Below, piece by piece: positions 1 through 12,785 of a stretch of 64,000 bases of DNA (its first letter is position 1; each line of letters opens with the position of its first letter). Position numbers and translations under genes: made by a program. This DNA is from Octopus vulgaris (lineage: Eukaryota): assembly GCA_951406725.2 (NCBI GenBank), contig OX597823.1:8494001-8558000 (forward strand), in the 5' to 3' direction. Under the pieces are notes generated by a model. That model did no database searches. It worked only from the letters and a program-made list of their open reading frames with translations, and had not been told where the DNA came from.

Positions 1-621
1 CCACATGAGGAAAAGAAACATGGACGATGGTCACGTGTGAGTAACGAGAGAGAGGGAGAGAGAGAGAGAAAGAGGGAAAGAGAGAGAGAGAAAGAGGGAA
101 AGAGAGAGAGAAACAGATAGAAAATGGTGAAGGAGGGAGGGGAGAAAAAGGGAATAAGAGAAGGATGGAGGAAGAAAACAGCATTGAGTTTTCGTTCGGT
201 TTCCTTGTATGTCTCCACTGTCATTCTTTTTGTTCCCTCTTTCCTAGTATTCCTGGTAGGGCCACCTCTGTTGGTATGGTAGGAGTAGAAGGCCTTGAGT
301 GAAAATGTAAAGCCTAGCTCCAAGATCCCAACGGCAGAAGAAGTGTTGTAGGCAAGACCAACCTTTGATGTTAATAACGTTTGAAGTGGTAGAGGAGGTA
401 AACGATGGACTGGCTACGGAGGCTCCAATTAAAACTAAACCTAGCCAGGGGCAGTACGTTGCAATTTCATCACCTGATATTGTTTGTCTCGTTCCGCATT
501 TGCTACAGAAATGGTCCTGAAACCACAGAGAGCATGGGTTACTCTATAAGCCGGGATTTACTGTATATACTTCCACACTTTAGAATTTTGTCCTGCTAAA
601 GTTTTCTTCAGCATATGCAAA

Positions 622-686
622 CATACATACATACATACATACATACATACATACATACATACATACATACATACATACATACATAC
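622..686. repeat. (ACAT)n microsatellite
   Basis: Perfect tetranucleotide array read directly. Confidence 0.95.
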
Positions 687-2721
687 ACGTAGCTTTTACT
701 TTAGGTACAACATTTAAACAATTACATTATGATTTTCCTTTCTTTTTGTTGCATTTTAATAATCTGTCTTTAGGTAAAGAGTTAATGAAATTAGTAAATC
801 TTTTCATAACAAGAGCATCAATAACGTATTTCAACATGAAATTGTATAGTATTTAACAATGCAATTATTTTGGAGTTCAAAAGTAATTGTGTTTGTTGAA
901 TTTCCTATGGAAAATCGGTTGGGAAAATTGTTTGTGGAGCGAAGTATTTTATTGTGGCATTTTTAGTTAATTACTTTTATACGTGATTATATATTTAAAT
1001 TACCGAAGTTCTACTTTAGAGTAAAACCACTGAGTACTGATATCAGTGGAGATAATCTGCAAATGTGGAGAAAATATTTATATCTGAGCAGAGATATTTG
1101 TGATAGTATTAAAAATATTGCTATCAATGAGACTGACAGTCCCCTTGAGTAAAGTTGAAAGGAAAGTATCAGTATGGTGTCGGTGTTATTTTCACTGATA
1201 ATATTGGAAATATTTATATCAAAGCGAATTTATCAATAGAAATATCGATATAAATAAACAAAAATAAAGCGATACGTTTTTAAATATTGTTGGTATCAAC
1301 CTTGTGGTGATTTTTACTTTCAATAGAAATACTTATCATAGTAAAGCTATAAACAGTGAAATTTTCAAAGGTAAAGTGTAAGAATATTAGCGTTCCTACC
1401 CTTCAAAATGACATTAGTGTCATAATTGAAGTGGTGTGTCTCCAACCAGAAGTCGAAACAATATCACTGAGTCGTTGCATCTGAAGATTAAATTGTTTCA
1501 ATGGTAATGACATACTGACTGAAAGATATGCAATCAGATGATAATATTTCGAAGATTATAGATGCTTAATTGGTGTGTGCTTGGCCGAGATGCCATCTAA
1601 CGATTGTCTAAATAGAATTACTTATTGGCGCCGAGACGTACTGGCTGCGATAAATTGCAAATCAAAAGCTAAGTTAGCGAAATACAATAAGAAATGACAG
1701 CGGGGACGCTATTCTAAAAATGTCGGTTGGGAAATTATAGCAATTTATTTTTGAAGACAGCGTAAACGGTATGTTCATTATCGTTTCTGGTGTTTGGATA
1801 TAGAATAAGTAAAGGGATATACACTGACTTAAACTTTCGACGATTTTTAACTATTATCTTCTGAATAAGCTAAATTACAGTTTAAATATAAAGTAGAGTA
1901 GTAACATATAGCAATTTTTCAAACGTATAGGTAAGTCTTATAACATCCTGCAATTCAGAAGTTCTGCTATTGTATTTTGTGGAAGGTAAATACTGTCAGC
2001 TCATAAATAATTGACTAGGAACTAGCAGAGAAAAATTGTCGTTGTATAGATCTAATATTTTAGTTTGTAACTTTATCATAATTAGCTGTCTATTAAGCTA
2101 CGTAGACTACACAGTCTCTTAATAATGTAATACATCTCACGTTCAATGAATAATATAGTACACAGCATTGAATAGCTGCCTCTAGCAAATGTAAAAAAGC
2201 AAAACGCAGGAACAATCTGCAGTCTTCAGTAGAATGTGATTGAATCGTATTCAACAATTTGAAGCAATTTGTCAATCGGTTTTTAGCCATAAAACCTTTT
2301 GAAAGTAGTTTAGTTTTCTGATGTGTCAAGCATACATATATGCATTACATTTTAAAATAGCTTCACCTGTTTTGTGAGAATGTCTCTTATTTCACTATAG
2401 TTATTTGCCAAATACACGTCCATAACAATATATTGAGTTTAAGTTTCACAATTTCGAATGTATATTGTTCACTTTATAACCTACAACCTGTCGACGGGGT
2501 TTGTTATAGGTATACATTCAGAAATTCAGTCAAGTGGTGTTTTACTTATCAGGTGAAACTTTCACATTCAATAACCATTTCTCTTCATTCAAAAGACGAA
2601 ATAAATTTATATTAAATATTTCATTGCAACAAATATAATTGATTTCAGTTGAACAAATCTGAGCATAACAGTTGAACGTTTCACCTTTAGTCAGATTCCA
2701 TAAAGAATGGCTTTATTATTT

Positions 2722-2978
2722 TTATCTTTCATTTATTCCTGTCATTAGACTGCGGCTATGCTGGGGCACCGCCTTGAAAAATTATAGTAGGACGAATCGA
2801 CCCCAGTACTTACTCTTTTATGCCAGGGACTTATTCTATCGTGCTTTTTGCCGAACCGCTAGGTTATGCGGATGTAAACATCAAAACCAGGTCGTCAAGC
2901 TGTGGTCACACACACACACACACCAAACACACAAACACACGCACACATGCACACAAACACGCACACACACACGCACAC

Positions 2979-3018
<40 letters not shown>

Positions 3019-3183
3019 ACACACGACGGTTTTATTTCAGTGTCCCTTTACCAAATCTACTCACAAAGCTTTCGATGGCTCGAGGCTACAGTAGAAGACA
3101 CTTGTTCAAGGTGCCACGCAGTGAAACTAAACCCGAAATCATGCGGTTGAGAAGCAAATTTCATACCACACAGCCACACCTGC
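2722..3183 (-). mobile_element. tRNA-derived SINE, family A (diverged full copy)
   Basis: The reverse complement matches the copies at 21739 and 27839: GGTGTGGCTGTGTGGTA head, CCTTG(G/A)(G/A)CAAGTGTCTTCTACT body, internal (TG)n and GGCGGTGCCCCAGCAT tail. Confidence 0.85.
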
Positions 3184-3287
3184 TATCAGGGAGCATATTT
3201 CTTTAATATAAGATCATTGATAGATTGTCAGTATACTGTTGATATTCGTTTTATTGAATGTTAAATTATAGAAGAGAAAGTCATCTA

Positions 3288-3316
3288 ATCTATCTATCTA
3301 TCTATCTATCTATCTG

Positions 3317-3363
<47 letters not shown>

Positions 3364-3414
3364 CTATCTATCTATATATGTATCTATATATATATGTATC
3401 TATATATATATATA

Positions 3415-3464
<50 letters not shown>

Positions 3465-3485
3465 CACATATATATATATATCTGC

Positions 3486-3517
<32 letters not shown>

Positions 3518-3541
3518 GAGTGAGCGTGTGTGTGTGTGTGT
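3288..3541. repeat. compound (CTAT)n/(TA)n/(TCTG)n/(TG)n microsatellite
   Basis: Read directly. It explains ORF 3258..3563. Confidence 0.95.
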
Positions 3542-3806
3542 AAGCAGAAAAAATTTTTTGTAACCGTTGGTCAGAATTTCACGTAACCGTTCGTCAGGCA
3601 GTTGTCAGTTGCGATAATAGAGACTAATGAAGAAATTTTTGAAAGCGTTTATGGCTATCAATTCAACGATTAAGCGTTTTAAGCTGTTTGGTCAACTACT
3701 TTTGAAATTGCGATGTTGAGTGGGATGAAAGATAAGATTGACCGCAACGGAAAAAATGCCTAAAAGCAATATACGCAAAATCTTTCAGGGGTCTAGAGAA
3801 ATGGAT

Positions 3807-4199
3807 GGATGGATCGAAGCACTCTGTCGGTTACGACGACGAGGGTTCCGGTTGATCCGAATCAACGGAATAGCCTGCTCGTGAAATTAACGTGTAAGTG
3901 GCTGAGCACTCCACAGACACGCGTACCCTTAACGTAGTTCTCGGGGATATTCAGCGTGACACAGAGAGTGACAAGGCCGGCTCTTTGAAATACAGGTACA
4001 ACAGAAACAGGAAGTAAGAGTGAGAGAAAGTTGTGGTGAAAGAGTACAGCAGGTATCACCACCATCCCCTGCCGGAGCCTCGTGGAGCTTTTAGGAGTTT
4101 TCGCTCAATAAACACTCACAACGCCCGGTCTGGGAATCGAAACCGCGATCCTATGACCGCGAGTCCGCTGCTCTAACCACTGGGCCATTGCGCTTCCTC
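3807..4199 (-). mobile_element. tRNA(Arg)-like SINE, family B (resembles the octopus OR families)
   Basis: The head TGGCCCAGTGGTTAGAGCAGCGGACTCGCGGTC...GGTTTCGATTCCC carries A/B boxes and a TCG anticodon-like loop. A 12-bp TSD AGAGAAATGGAT lies at 3795-3806 and 4200-4211. Nearly identical to the copies at 5975 and 11076. Confidence 0.9.
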
Positions 4200-5384
4200 A
4201 GAGAAATGGATAAGCTGTCCATGTCCACATAGTAAAAAGTGTTATGAAAAATGACACCACAGTAGATGAAATAATATGGAAGGCGGTAAAAAGCTCGGCA
4301 TTGTTACACACATGGTTCAGATGTTAATGAATATGGCACATGGAAGTGGGAGAAAAAGTGGAATGATCTGAGCGAAGAGTGGATTGGATGGAAGGAATGA
4401 GAAACAGAGGGAAAGGGCGAATGTGAGTGTTTGTTGGCATATTAACAGGGAAAAATAGCAATTGAATGATGCCAGCCCAAACACGGGCTGCGTGTTTGTG
4501 TGACTGTGCATTATAAGTGAATAGCTACAGAGTGGAAGAACTAACGTATGAAGATGCCAGTGGTGTGCATGTGTGCATGTGTGTATGTGTGTGCCTGTGC
4601 ATATGTGAATTGTATTTGAGTATGTGTGTGAAAAGGGTGATAGGGCGGTAGATGAATAGAGGTGTGCAATGTGAGTGTGTATGCATGTATAAGTGAAATA
4701 TGTGTGTGTGTGCGCAGGGGTTGTGTGGCCTAAAGGAAATGCGCAGGGGTTCTGTGCGGTTCTGTGGAAGCTGTATTATTATGTGGGGCATGTATGTCTG
4801 TAAGTGCGTATGCTTATGAGGTGTATGGTGTGGTTTATGGAGGAGAGCTGGGTGGGTATATGTAGTGGATGCAAGTGGGTCTCTGAGGGTTAGAGGAGAG
4901 GAGAAGACACACAATAGATTATAGTTATAAATATTTGTTCTCATAACATTAGGGCAAATTAAAATAAAACCTAGTACCTAGAGCTGAGTAAAATTGAATA
5001 TCCTGTTCAGACCACTTTACATCTCATAAGCTGTATTATTCGACTAAATTTTCGATTAAATTTTCATTAAACAAAACAAAGCCAGCAGTTTCAATTAGGG
5101 TTTTTCATATGACGACATTTTTTCATTTCTTCACAAAAGATAAAAAAGCGTCCGATCTCACCATGTTTTAATTGTTTAAGGGCATCTTATAAATTTGCAT
5201 AATCACAAAGCATTTTGTGTGTGCTGAGGGAAATAAACCAGTTGTTTGAAGCGATGGAAATCTAATTAGAATGAATCCTGACAATATGGTTGTTGAAAGA
5301 TATGATTTATTCTTCAGAAAATGAAGCCATTCATATTAAGTATTTTAAAATGAACGAAGAAATGCATATATCCTTTGAATACTC

Positions 5385-5960
5385 TCATGGATCAGTGAAA
5401 TCGATGAGTCTAGTGTTTAGGTTAAACATTCTTACATTCATGCCTATTTGGAAAACATTGCGGAGAGGATTCCAGGATTGGGTGAAATGACTATTGTGGT
5501 GTTTTGGGATGAGGTAGATGATTATTAATGGAGAAAAATTGTTAATAGAGACGATACACAACTCGATAGTTCACAGGAGCAAGAATAGTTGCAAAAATAG
5601 TGGTGGAAGAGACGAGGAGAAATTATTCTGAGACCAGGTTGTTTTCCAATCAGTCAAAGAGACTTGCATTGGATGTGTGTGTAGCCGTACCATTATCCCT
5701 TTGGGTGCGGCCTAGGGCATTTGTTATGTACCAGCAGTCTAGTTCCATGAATGTGGAAGGAACAACATTCATAACACTTATAAAGGTGAATAAACCTGTT
5801 TTATTTTTGGCTTTAAAGAGAAATCCTACCGTTTTCGGAAGGAGATTTTATAAGTGGTAGATATGATAAAACAAGTAGAACCATTTGTAAAAACTGTGAA
5901 AGGTAAAATATTTAGCTATGTGCTGTTTATGAGTTGAAAGGATAGAACGTGTTCTATTGT
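5385..5960 (-). pseudogene. highly degraded Jockey/CR1-group LINE ORF2 C-terminus
   Basis: Broken minus-strand peptides GFLFKAK, LFHHYFCNYSCSCELSS and WNPLRNVFQIGMNVRMF resemble the LFYRYY..CSSEL / WNxLP..VF C-terminus of LINE ORF2. Probably related to 57768-57995. Confidence 0.4.
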
Positions 5961-5974
5961 TCGATATAGGGTAT

Positions 5975-6358
5975 GTGGAGGTGCAATGGCCCAGTGGTTA
6001 GGGCAGCGGACGCGCGGTCGTAGGATCGCGGTTTAGATTCCCAGACCGGGCGTTGTGAGTGTTTATTGAGCGAAAACACCTAAAGCTCCACGAGGCTCCG
6101 GTAGGGGATGGTGGTGATCCCTGCTGTACTCTTTCACCACAACTTTCTCTCACTCTTACTTCCTGTTTCTGTTGTACCAGTATTTCAAAGGGCCGGCCTT
6201 GTCACTCTCTGTGTCACGCTGAATATCCCCGAGAACTACGTTAAGGGTACACGTGTCTGTGGAGTGCTCAGCCACTTACACGTTAATTTCACGAGCAGGC
6301 TGTTCCGTTGATTCGGATCAACCGGAACCCTCGTCGTCGTAACCGACGGAGTGCTTCC
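5975..6358 (+). mobile_element. SINE family B, full length
   Basis: Runs from GGAGGTGCAATGGCCCAGTGGTTAGGGCAGCGG to CGACGGAGTGCTTCC, with a 7-bp TSD ATAGGGT. Confidence 0.92.
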
Positions 6359-6497
6359 ATAGGGTTTGTTTATTTTTCCTATTGAATGAGATCATGTTGC
6401 CAATTTGTTTCGATGGTTATTTTTGAAGTGTTTGTTAATGGAAACAGAGCATATTTGGTGCGTGATCTTTGGGTAGCATGTGGATAAGAAGTATGAA

Positions 6498-7251
6498 TTT
6501 AGACGCGTGCTTAGTGGTTTCTAACATGTCAAACATTGAAACACATTTCGTTATAAAGTTTGATAGTGCTGAATGGGTGTTGCTGGTGGTGGCTTCAGTT
6601 AGTTATCTAATACATATTACTATTTGGTTCACGATATAAAGTTTATCACAGACTGAAAGTCGTTTTCATTACGGTAAGATGATAACTAAACTGGAGGGAA
6701 AGGTGGCGAGCTGACAGAAACGTTAGCAAGCCGGGCAAAATGCTTAACGGCATTTCGTCCATCTTTACGTTCTGAGTTTAAATGCCACCGAGGTCGACTT
6801 TGCCTTTCATCCTTTCGGGGTCGATTAAATAAGTACCAGTTACGAACTGGGGTCAATATAATCGACTTAATCCATCTGTCTGTCCTTGTTAGTCCCCTCT
6901 GTGTTTAGCCCCTTGTGGGTAATAAAGAAATAGGAAGAAAAGTGAACAAAAATTGAAGTACTAATTACGAAGCTATATACCTCAAGACTGATATACCTCA
7001 AGAGACAACATACTCGCGGCAAGACTCTAGAAAATCTGGCTCGATTTTCTAGAGTCTTAGGAGGAATGGGCTGAATGACCAATTTCCTAAGACATAATTG
7101 AATAAAGATTTTAGACGCGTGCTTTGAGGTTTCTAACATGTCAAACATTGAAACACATTTCGTTATAAAGTTTGATAGTGCTGAATAGGTGTTGCGGGTG
7201 GTGGCTTCAGTTAGTTAACTAATACATATTACTATTTGGTTCACGATATAA
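6498..7251 (+). repeat. ~143-bp direct duplication (6498-6640 and 7110-7251)
   Basis: TTTAGACGCGTGCTT...GGTTCACGATATAAA occurs twice with few differences and flanks a SINE C copy. Confidence 0.9.
6700..6933 (+). mobile_element. SINE family C with Nin/Deu-like central domain
   Basis: AAGGTGGCGAGCTG.. head, B box GAGTT(C/T)AAAT, GCCTTTCATCCTTTCGGGGTCGAT..AAGTACCAG domain and CCCCTTGTGGGTAATAAAGAAATA tail. Confidence 0.88.
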
Positions 7252-7574
7252 ACGTTTATGGCAGGATGGTACGAGAGGGATTACATATATTACACAGGTT
7301 TGTGAAGTGGAAGTTTGACAATTATTTTGATAATTGTGTTACTTTATATGTTTTGTGGTGGTAATTCGAAAATACCAAAAAAAAAAAAAAAGCTCTTTAC
7401 CATTACTTAAGTTTTTTTTCACAATTTAATGACAAAATATACCATAATATGTAGATAAATCCACATATATAGGACAAAATGAAACTAATAAAAGCGAATT
7501 TGGTACTTTATTTAGCGAAAGAAAATGACACAAATATAATTGAAAGGTGAAACAATAGATTTTTTATAAGGTTC

Positions 7575-9033
7575 AGTACTTCAAAATCTCTTCATTTTCA
7601 CTCGGCGACTACGCCTGGAACTCTTTCGTTAGTGAGCTTTTGATGGACACTCATGATGCAACATCCACCGACAGTCGGCCTATATACTAACATTCCATCT
7701 TCCCTGATATCTTCTCTCATTTCTTTTATGTCTTGGTGAAACCTTTCCTCCTTCTCCTCACATCCCCCAAATTTTCCGGAAAGAAATCCAACTGGTCATG
7801 TAGGGAATGAACTTCAATGCTCAATTTACATCTTAAGGCCTCAAACCTTTCCAGCATTCTTCTCAGTAGTTTGGATTCTTGTGATTGCCCAACAAGATCT
7901 TCACCGCATCTTTAAAACTACTCAATACATCTTCAGAATCACTAAAAGGGTTTTCAAATTTTCCATCCTTGACGAATTTTCTTATATCTGGTCCTAGAAA
8001 CACATCCTTTTCCAGACTGGCCTTTAATAGGACAATAAACTTGCTACACAAATACTTGAAACCCTCTCCATCCTGTGGAAAAGCTTTTACAAATTGCTTC
8101 ACGAGGTCGAGTTTCATATGTAGGGGAGGCAACAAAACCATTTTTGGACTACCGAAACTTTCTCGAAGGTCATTCTTTGTTCCTGGTGTAAGCGCATTCC
8201 TACTCGGCCATTCTTTTTTAGACTAATGGAGGTTCCTGGCTCTACTGTGCCATTCACACATGAAACAAGGAAACTGTGTACAATTCTATATTTAAGAGAT
8301 GAGGAATTATGTACATTATTTACATTTGACGGATATTTGCCCCCATCTTTTTTGTTGTTAAAGAAAACTGTGTAACCTGAATGTTGTCCAAGCAGAATAT
8401 AAATTATTTTCAAATCACCGCAAATCACCCAGTTGTCATCTCTAAATTTAACCTTGTGTAAGAGTGATACCAAATTTTCATGACTCCCTCATGATCACAC
8501 AGTGTCCAACAAGGATGAAGGCATATTTATTACCGTTATGCAGTAGAATAGCTTTAAGACTTTCTTTGAAGAGTCAATAAAGAGTTTCCATTCATCAGAG
8601 CTGTAACTTATGCCATGCCATCCCATTAATCCTGATAAATCTATACAATAAACCAAATAATTTTCTTGAGCGAAATATGAAACAAATTATTTTTTACGGT
8701 TACGATACCAATAGAATGGTGCACGAGGAACTAAAAGATAGTTGGATTTAAGTATGGAAACTGAAAGCTCTGCTGACTCCCTGGAGAGCCCTAAGCCTCT
8801 CACTAGATCATTTAATTCCCTCTAGTTGAGATATTCACTGCAACTGAAGTTTTCGTTGTCATTGCTATTTCTGACTTATGACTCAGAACTCAAATACATG
8901 TCTTCTAATTTCACACCAAAGTAGGTGTAGTAAGCTATTTTGACAAACTGGGTAATGTTTGACAGTTCTTAGTCATGAACTCACCACAAATGTAGCAAAA
9001 GTTACCTGGGATTGCTGCACATCTAGAAGACAT
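7575..9033 (-). pseudogene. Chapaev3-type (CMC/EnSpm superfamily) DNA transposase pseudogene
   Basis: The N-terminus MSSRCAAIPGNFCYICGEF starts at 9033. It is followed by ICGDLKIIYILLGQHSGYT/FPCFMCEWHSRA, LLPPLHMKLDLVKQFVKA, LSIEVHSLHDQLDFFPENLGDV and ERFHQDIKEM..YQGRW. Many stops and frameshifts. Confidence 0.8.
8281..8364. mobile_element. 84-bp insertion with 10-bp TSD inside the transposase
   Basis: AAACTGTGTA is duplicated at 8271-8280 and 8365-8374. Removing the insert rejoins the GYT and FPCFMCEW motifs. Confidence 0.75.
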
Positions 9034-9454
9034 CCTTGCTTCATATACTGTGGAGATCTTTTTGGAAAGAGAAAGGGGACAGGTTTTAACAGCATATATT
9101 TGATTTAACATCTAAATGTATACATACACTGAAATGTAACACATAATTCAGTAAGAGACCGAAAAAAGACAAGAAATAACTGAAATATTAAAAAAAAAGA
9201 TACGTTTTAAAAAAGATGCGTTTAACCGTAGCAACTTGACCTTGTAAAGCGCATCTTTTTCTCCTCACTCCCGTAGCTGAAACGATCTAAACGTTGACAG
9301 ATGTTAATTTGTCAAAATTACACCTATTAGCTAAACTATGGTCTATTTAAATGTGGAAATTAATAGTAATAATAAAAGACAATAGACAAATTCGGGCATA
9401 ATGCTTTTTTCACCGTTGTTATAATCATCTGAATTGGAACTGTCAATGCGTTAT

Positions 9455-9882
9455 ACTCGAGCAATTTTGCTATTCAACTTCAAAAAAAAGGACGTAAAGG
9501 AGCTAAAATTGCTCGCGATATCAACGAAAAGTTTGGTGAGGAAATGACCAGTGAAGGGTCAGCTCGAAAATAGTTTTAACGATTTCGCAGTGGAGACCTG
9601 AGCCTTGAAGACTGCGAGCGTAGTGGACGCCCATCTGTCATCGATGACAGTCAATTAAATACCGTCATTGAGAAAGATCGACGTAAAACCACTCGAGAAC
9701 TGGTAAAAGGACTTCAAGTTAGCCAGAAAACTGCCTGCAACCATTTGCATGCGATCGGAAAAATGAAAAGGCTCGACAAATGGGTACCACACGATTTGAA
9801 TGAAAATCAGAAAATGCGCAGATATGAAATTTGCTTGTCGCTTCTTCTTCGTAACCAGACCGATCCATTTCTCGACCGTATA
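9455..9882 (+). pseudogene. mariner transposase N-terminal fragment
   Basis: RFRSGDLSLEDCERSGRPSVIDD...TTRELVKGL...HLHAIGKMKRLDKWVPHDLNENQKMRRYEICLSLLLRNQTDPFLDRI contains the HTH and a WVPHEL-type motif. Internal stops present. Confidence 0.9.
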
Positions 9883-10038
9883 TGTATGTATGTACGCATA
9901 CATATACACTGATAGACACATATACACATATTCCTTTTAGTGTTATCTGTCGGAACAAAGAATGCTTATTATCATGGTAGAGATTAATAAATTTTACAGC
10001 AACTATAAACAACAAAGCGATTAATATCAAATTGGTTG

Positions 10039-10069
<31 letters not shown>

Positions 10070-10789
10070 TGTATGTATGTATGTATGTATGCATGTATGC
10101 ATATGTGTGTGTATGTGTGTATTAGCACATGTATGCATCATAAAAACAATAGAAAGATTTGTTTTTTTTAACAGTTGTTGGAAACACATTTCTAATGTTC
10201 GGATTCGATAAAATAAATTGCCACTCATACACTGGATTGATATCGCCAATGTACGCTTCGTCTCAAAACTGATGACTGTACCGAAAATAGCAATGTTTCT
10301 TACCGTTAGCTCTATTTTATGTATTCAATGCCTCCTCCCGGTATCCTCTAGTTAGAATGAAGTAAATAGAAAGTTTTGATTTGATTGAGATGACAACAGA
10401 GGTTGTATTGAAAATAAGGAGCTAATAACACGAGTGTCCTACATAGTAAACATTTGGTTGTTACGAACAAGATTGTATATTCTTGTGAAAATACTTATAT
10501 GAACCAGAAGTTTGAAGAGACAGGTGTATAACGGTAAACTGATTAATTTAACTGGATGCATTTTAGGCTTAGTAATCAGCTGAAGGTTAGTGTTCTTGAC
10601 ATTTTTCAGATACCTCGAAAATAGTGGAAGGAAGTTATCCTCAAGTCTGAAACTTAACTCGAATACATGCCGCAGAGAGGACTCCACAGGAGTCCAAGAT
10701 CCAGGGCGAGATATCTTTTTTACTTTGGTCTTCGGGTTATGTCTATCACGCAAGATGAGGAATGGCACCTTGGATCAACTTTTACACAG

Positions 10790-10935
10790 TTCACATTCAA
10801 CACCTAAATTTCATTCAATGGATTTGCTCGACTTGAAGCTATGGTAGAGAAAGTTGCCCAAAACGTCACGGTGTGGGATCAAACCCATACTATGTAGTTT
10901 GGAAGAAATCCATTTAACCGTAACACTACATCCGA
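10790..10935 (-). mobile_element. old SINE A 5' fragment
   Basis: Degenerate match to the SINE A head and body (GTTGCCCAAAACGTCACGGTGTGGGATCAAACCC). Confidence 0.5.
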
Positions 10936-10954
10936 AGCCAGTTATTTTTCTGCC

Positions 10955-11560
10955 AGCTAGCAGAATAGTTGCAGCCCATTAAATATACCATCAGATATTT
11001 TTTATATTTCTTTAGGTTCTTAGTTCAAACCCCATCGAGTTCAATTTTACCTTTCATTATTTGATAAAAAATACTGTGGAAGCACTCCGTCGGTTACGAC
11101 GATGAGGGTTCCGGTTGATCCGAATCAACGGAACAGCCTGCTCGTGAAATTAACATGTAAGTGGCTGAGCACTCCACAGACACGTGTACCCTTAACGTAG
11201 TTCTCGGGGATATTCAGCGTGACACAGAGAGTGACAAGGCCGGCCCTTTGAAATACAGGTACAACAGAAACAGGAACTAAGAGTGAGAGAAAGTTGTAGT
11301 GAAAGAGTATAGCAGGGATCACCACCATCCCCTGCCGGAGCCTCGTGGAGCTTTTAGGTATTTTCGCTCAATAAACACTCACAACGCCCGGTCTGGGAAT
11401 CGAAATCGCGATCCTATGACCGCAAGTCCGCTGCGCTAACCACTGGGTCATTGCGCCTCCACAATAAAAAATACTATCAGTTAAGCGGTAAAGTCGATGA
11501 TTTCGAGTAACTTCCACCACCAGACATTTCTAGGATTGTGCCAAAATTAGCATCTTTTAG
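10955..11560 (+). mobile_element. old SINE C copy interrupted by a SINE B
   Basis: GCTAGCAGAATAGTT..GTTCAAAC..CCTTTCAT resumes after the SINE B insert as GTCGATGATTTCGAG..TTGTGCC. Confidence 0.55.
11076..11463 (-). mobile_element. SINE family B, full length
   Basis: Near-identical to the 3807 and 5975 copies. A 12-bp TSD ATAAAAAATACT lies at 11064-11075 and 11464-11475. Confidence 0.92.
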
Positions 11561-12785
11561 AGATTACTTACGCTTTTAGGTTGTATTTATGTTTTTACGG
11601 ATTCTATTAAGTACTTTATTTTATATTTAGAATTTGTCTGAAAATATATTAGAAATATTCGAATCACATTTTGGTGATTTGTGTGCGTTTAAGGGAGGTA
11701 TAGACGGATATTTTAAGTACATGTACAACAGTGTGTATGCACACACACACATATACAAACACACACACACACACACATACATGCACACTCACATGCATAC
11801 GTGCATAGAAATATATACATATGTGTATATCGATTTATCGATCTACCCGCTTGACACTTTACTAATAAGACTGGACTCTAAGGAAATAAACTCACTGAAT
11901 GATTTTTGGTGAAACTCTATATTTTCAGTTCGCAGAAACGAAGGGAAAATTTGTTAAAGATGGCGACGCGGTTTGTCAGACAAAAGATAGACATACACAA
12001 AGAAAATGAGAGAGCGAAAGGAAGAGAGAGAGAAAGAGGAATAAAATAAGAGAGAGAGAGAGGGGGGGGAGCGGCAGACGATTGAGGAAGAGGCTTTCAG
12101 AAACATGTCTAAATAGTTGATAGGACTAGAAAGAAATTGGTTGAAACAGACAGAGGGACACACAAAAAATAGGAACCGGACGGGGTTGAGCGGTTAACAA
12201 ATAACAAAATAAAACATAGATTAGTACATATTAATAAACAGTGGAACAGTCTATCCCCACTGAGAGAAAGAGAGAGAGTGACAGAGAAAGAGTAAAGGAA
12301 AGATGAAGAGAGAGTGAAAGAGAAAGAGTAAGGGAAAAATGAAGAGAGAGAAAAGAGTGTAAAGGCAAGAGAGAAAGGTAGGAAAGTGGAAGAGGGAGAG
12401 AGAGAGAGAGAGAGTGTGAGGGTGAGTGAGAGAATCAGACACAAAGAAACATTTGTTACACAGAGGTAATGGGTCAGAACGTATTGATTTCTAAGATTGG
12501 CCCAATGCCATAGATCTATTGAATATGGAGAAAGAGAATGAGCTTTGTATATTAATTTAATCGATTCTAATAATTTAAATGGAGTATGCTTTATCGTCCT
12601 ATCAGAAAGAAAAGCGAGGGGGATCCAAGCAAAGTCGATCTCAAACCTCAAACTCTAGCATCTCTATTGTTGGATACTGTACCGATTCCCACAACATTTA
12701 CAGTGGAAATTATCAAACCAGTCAAACATAGAATCAGACAAGACACCATCTTATACTGTAAGAACAAAGAAACGAGAAATATATA

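Noticed and set aside
700-2700. Repeat-poor region as a decayed coding element
   Set aside because: No recognisable protein motif in any frame inspected.
5975-6055. tRNA-Arg gene (and similar heads in SINE A and D)
   Set aside because: The tRNA-like heads run into SINE bodies, with TSDs around the family B copies, and lack a proper acceptor stem.
10266-10302. CTGATGA-CTGTACC-GAAA hammerhead-like string
   Set aside because: Stem II cannot pair and stems I and III are not convincing.
10590-10847. 85-aa ORF after a TTTTTCAG acceptor as a host exon
   Set aside because: No recognisable protein and no clear donor. The 3' part runs into a degraded SINE A.
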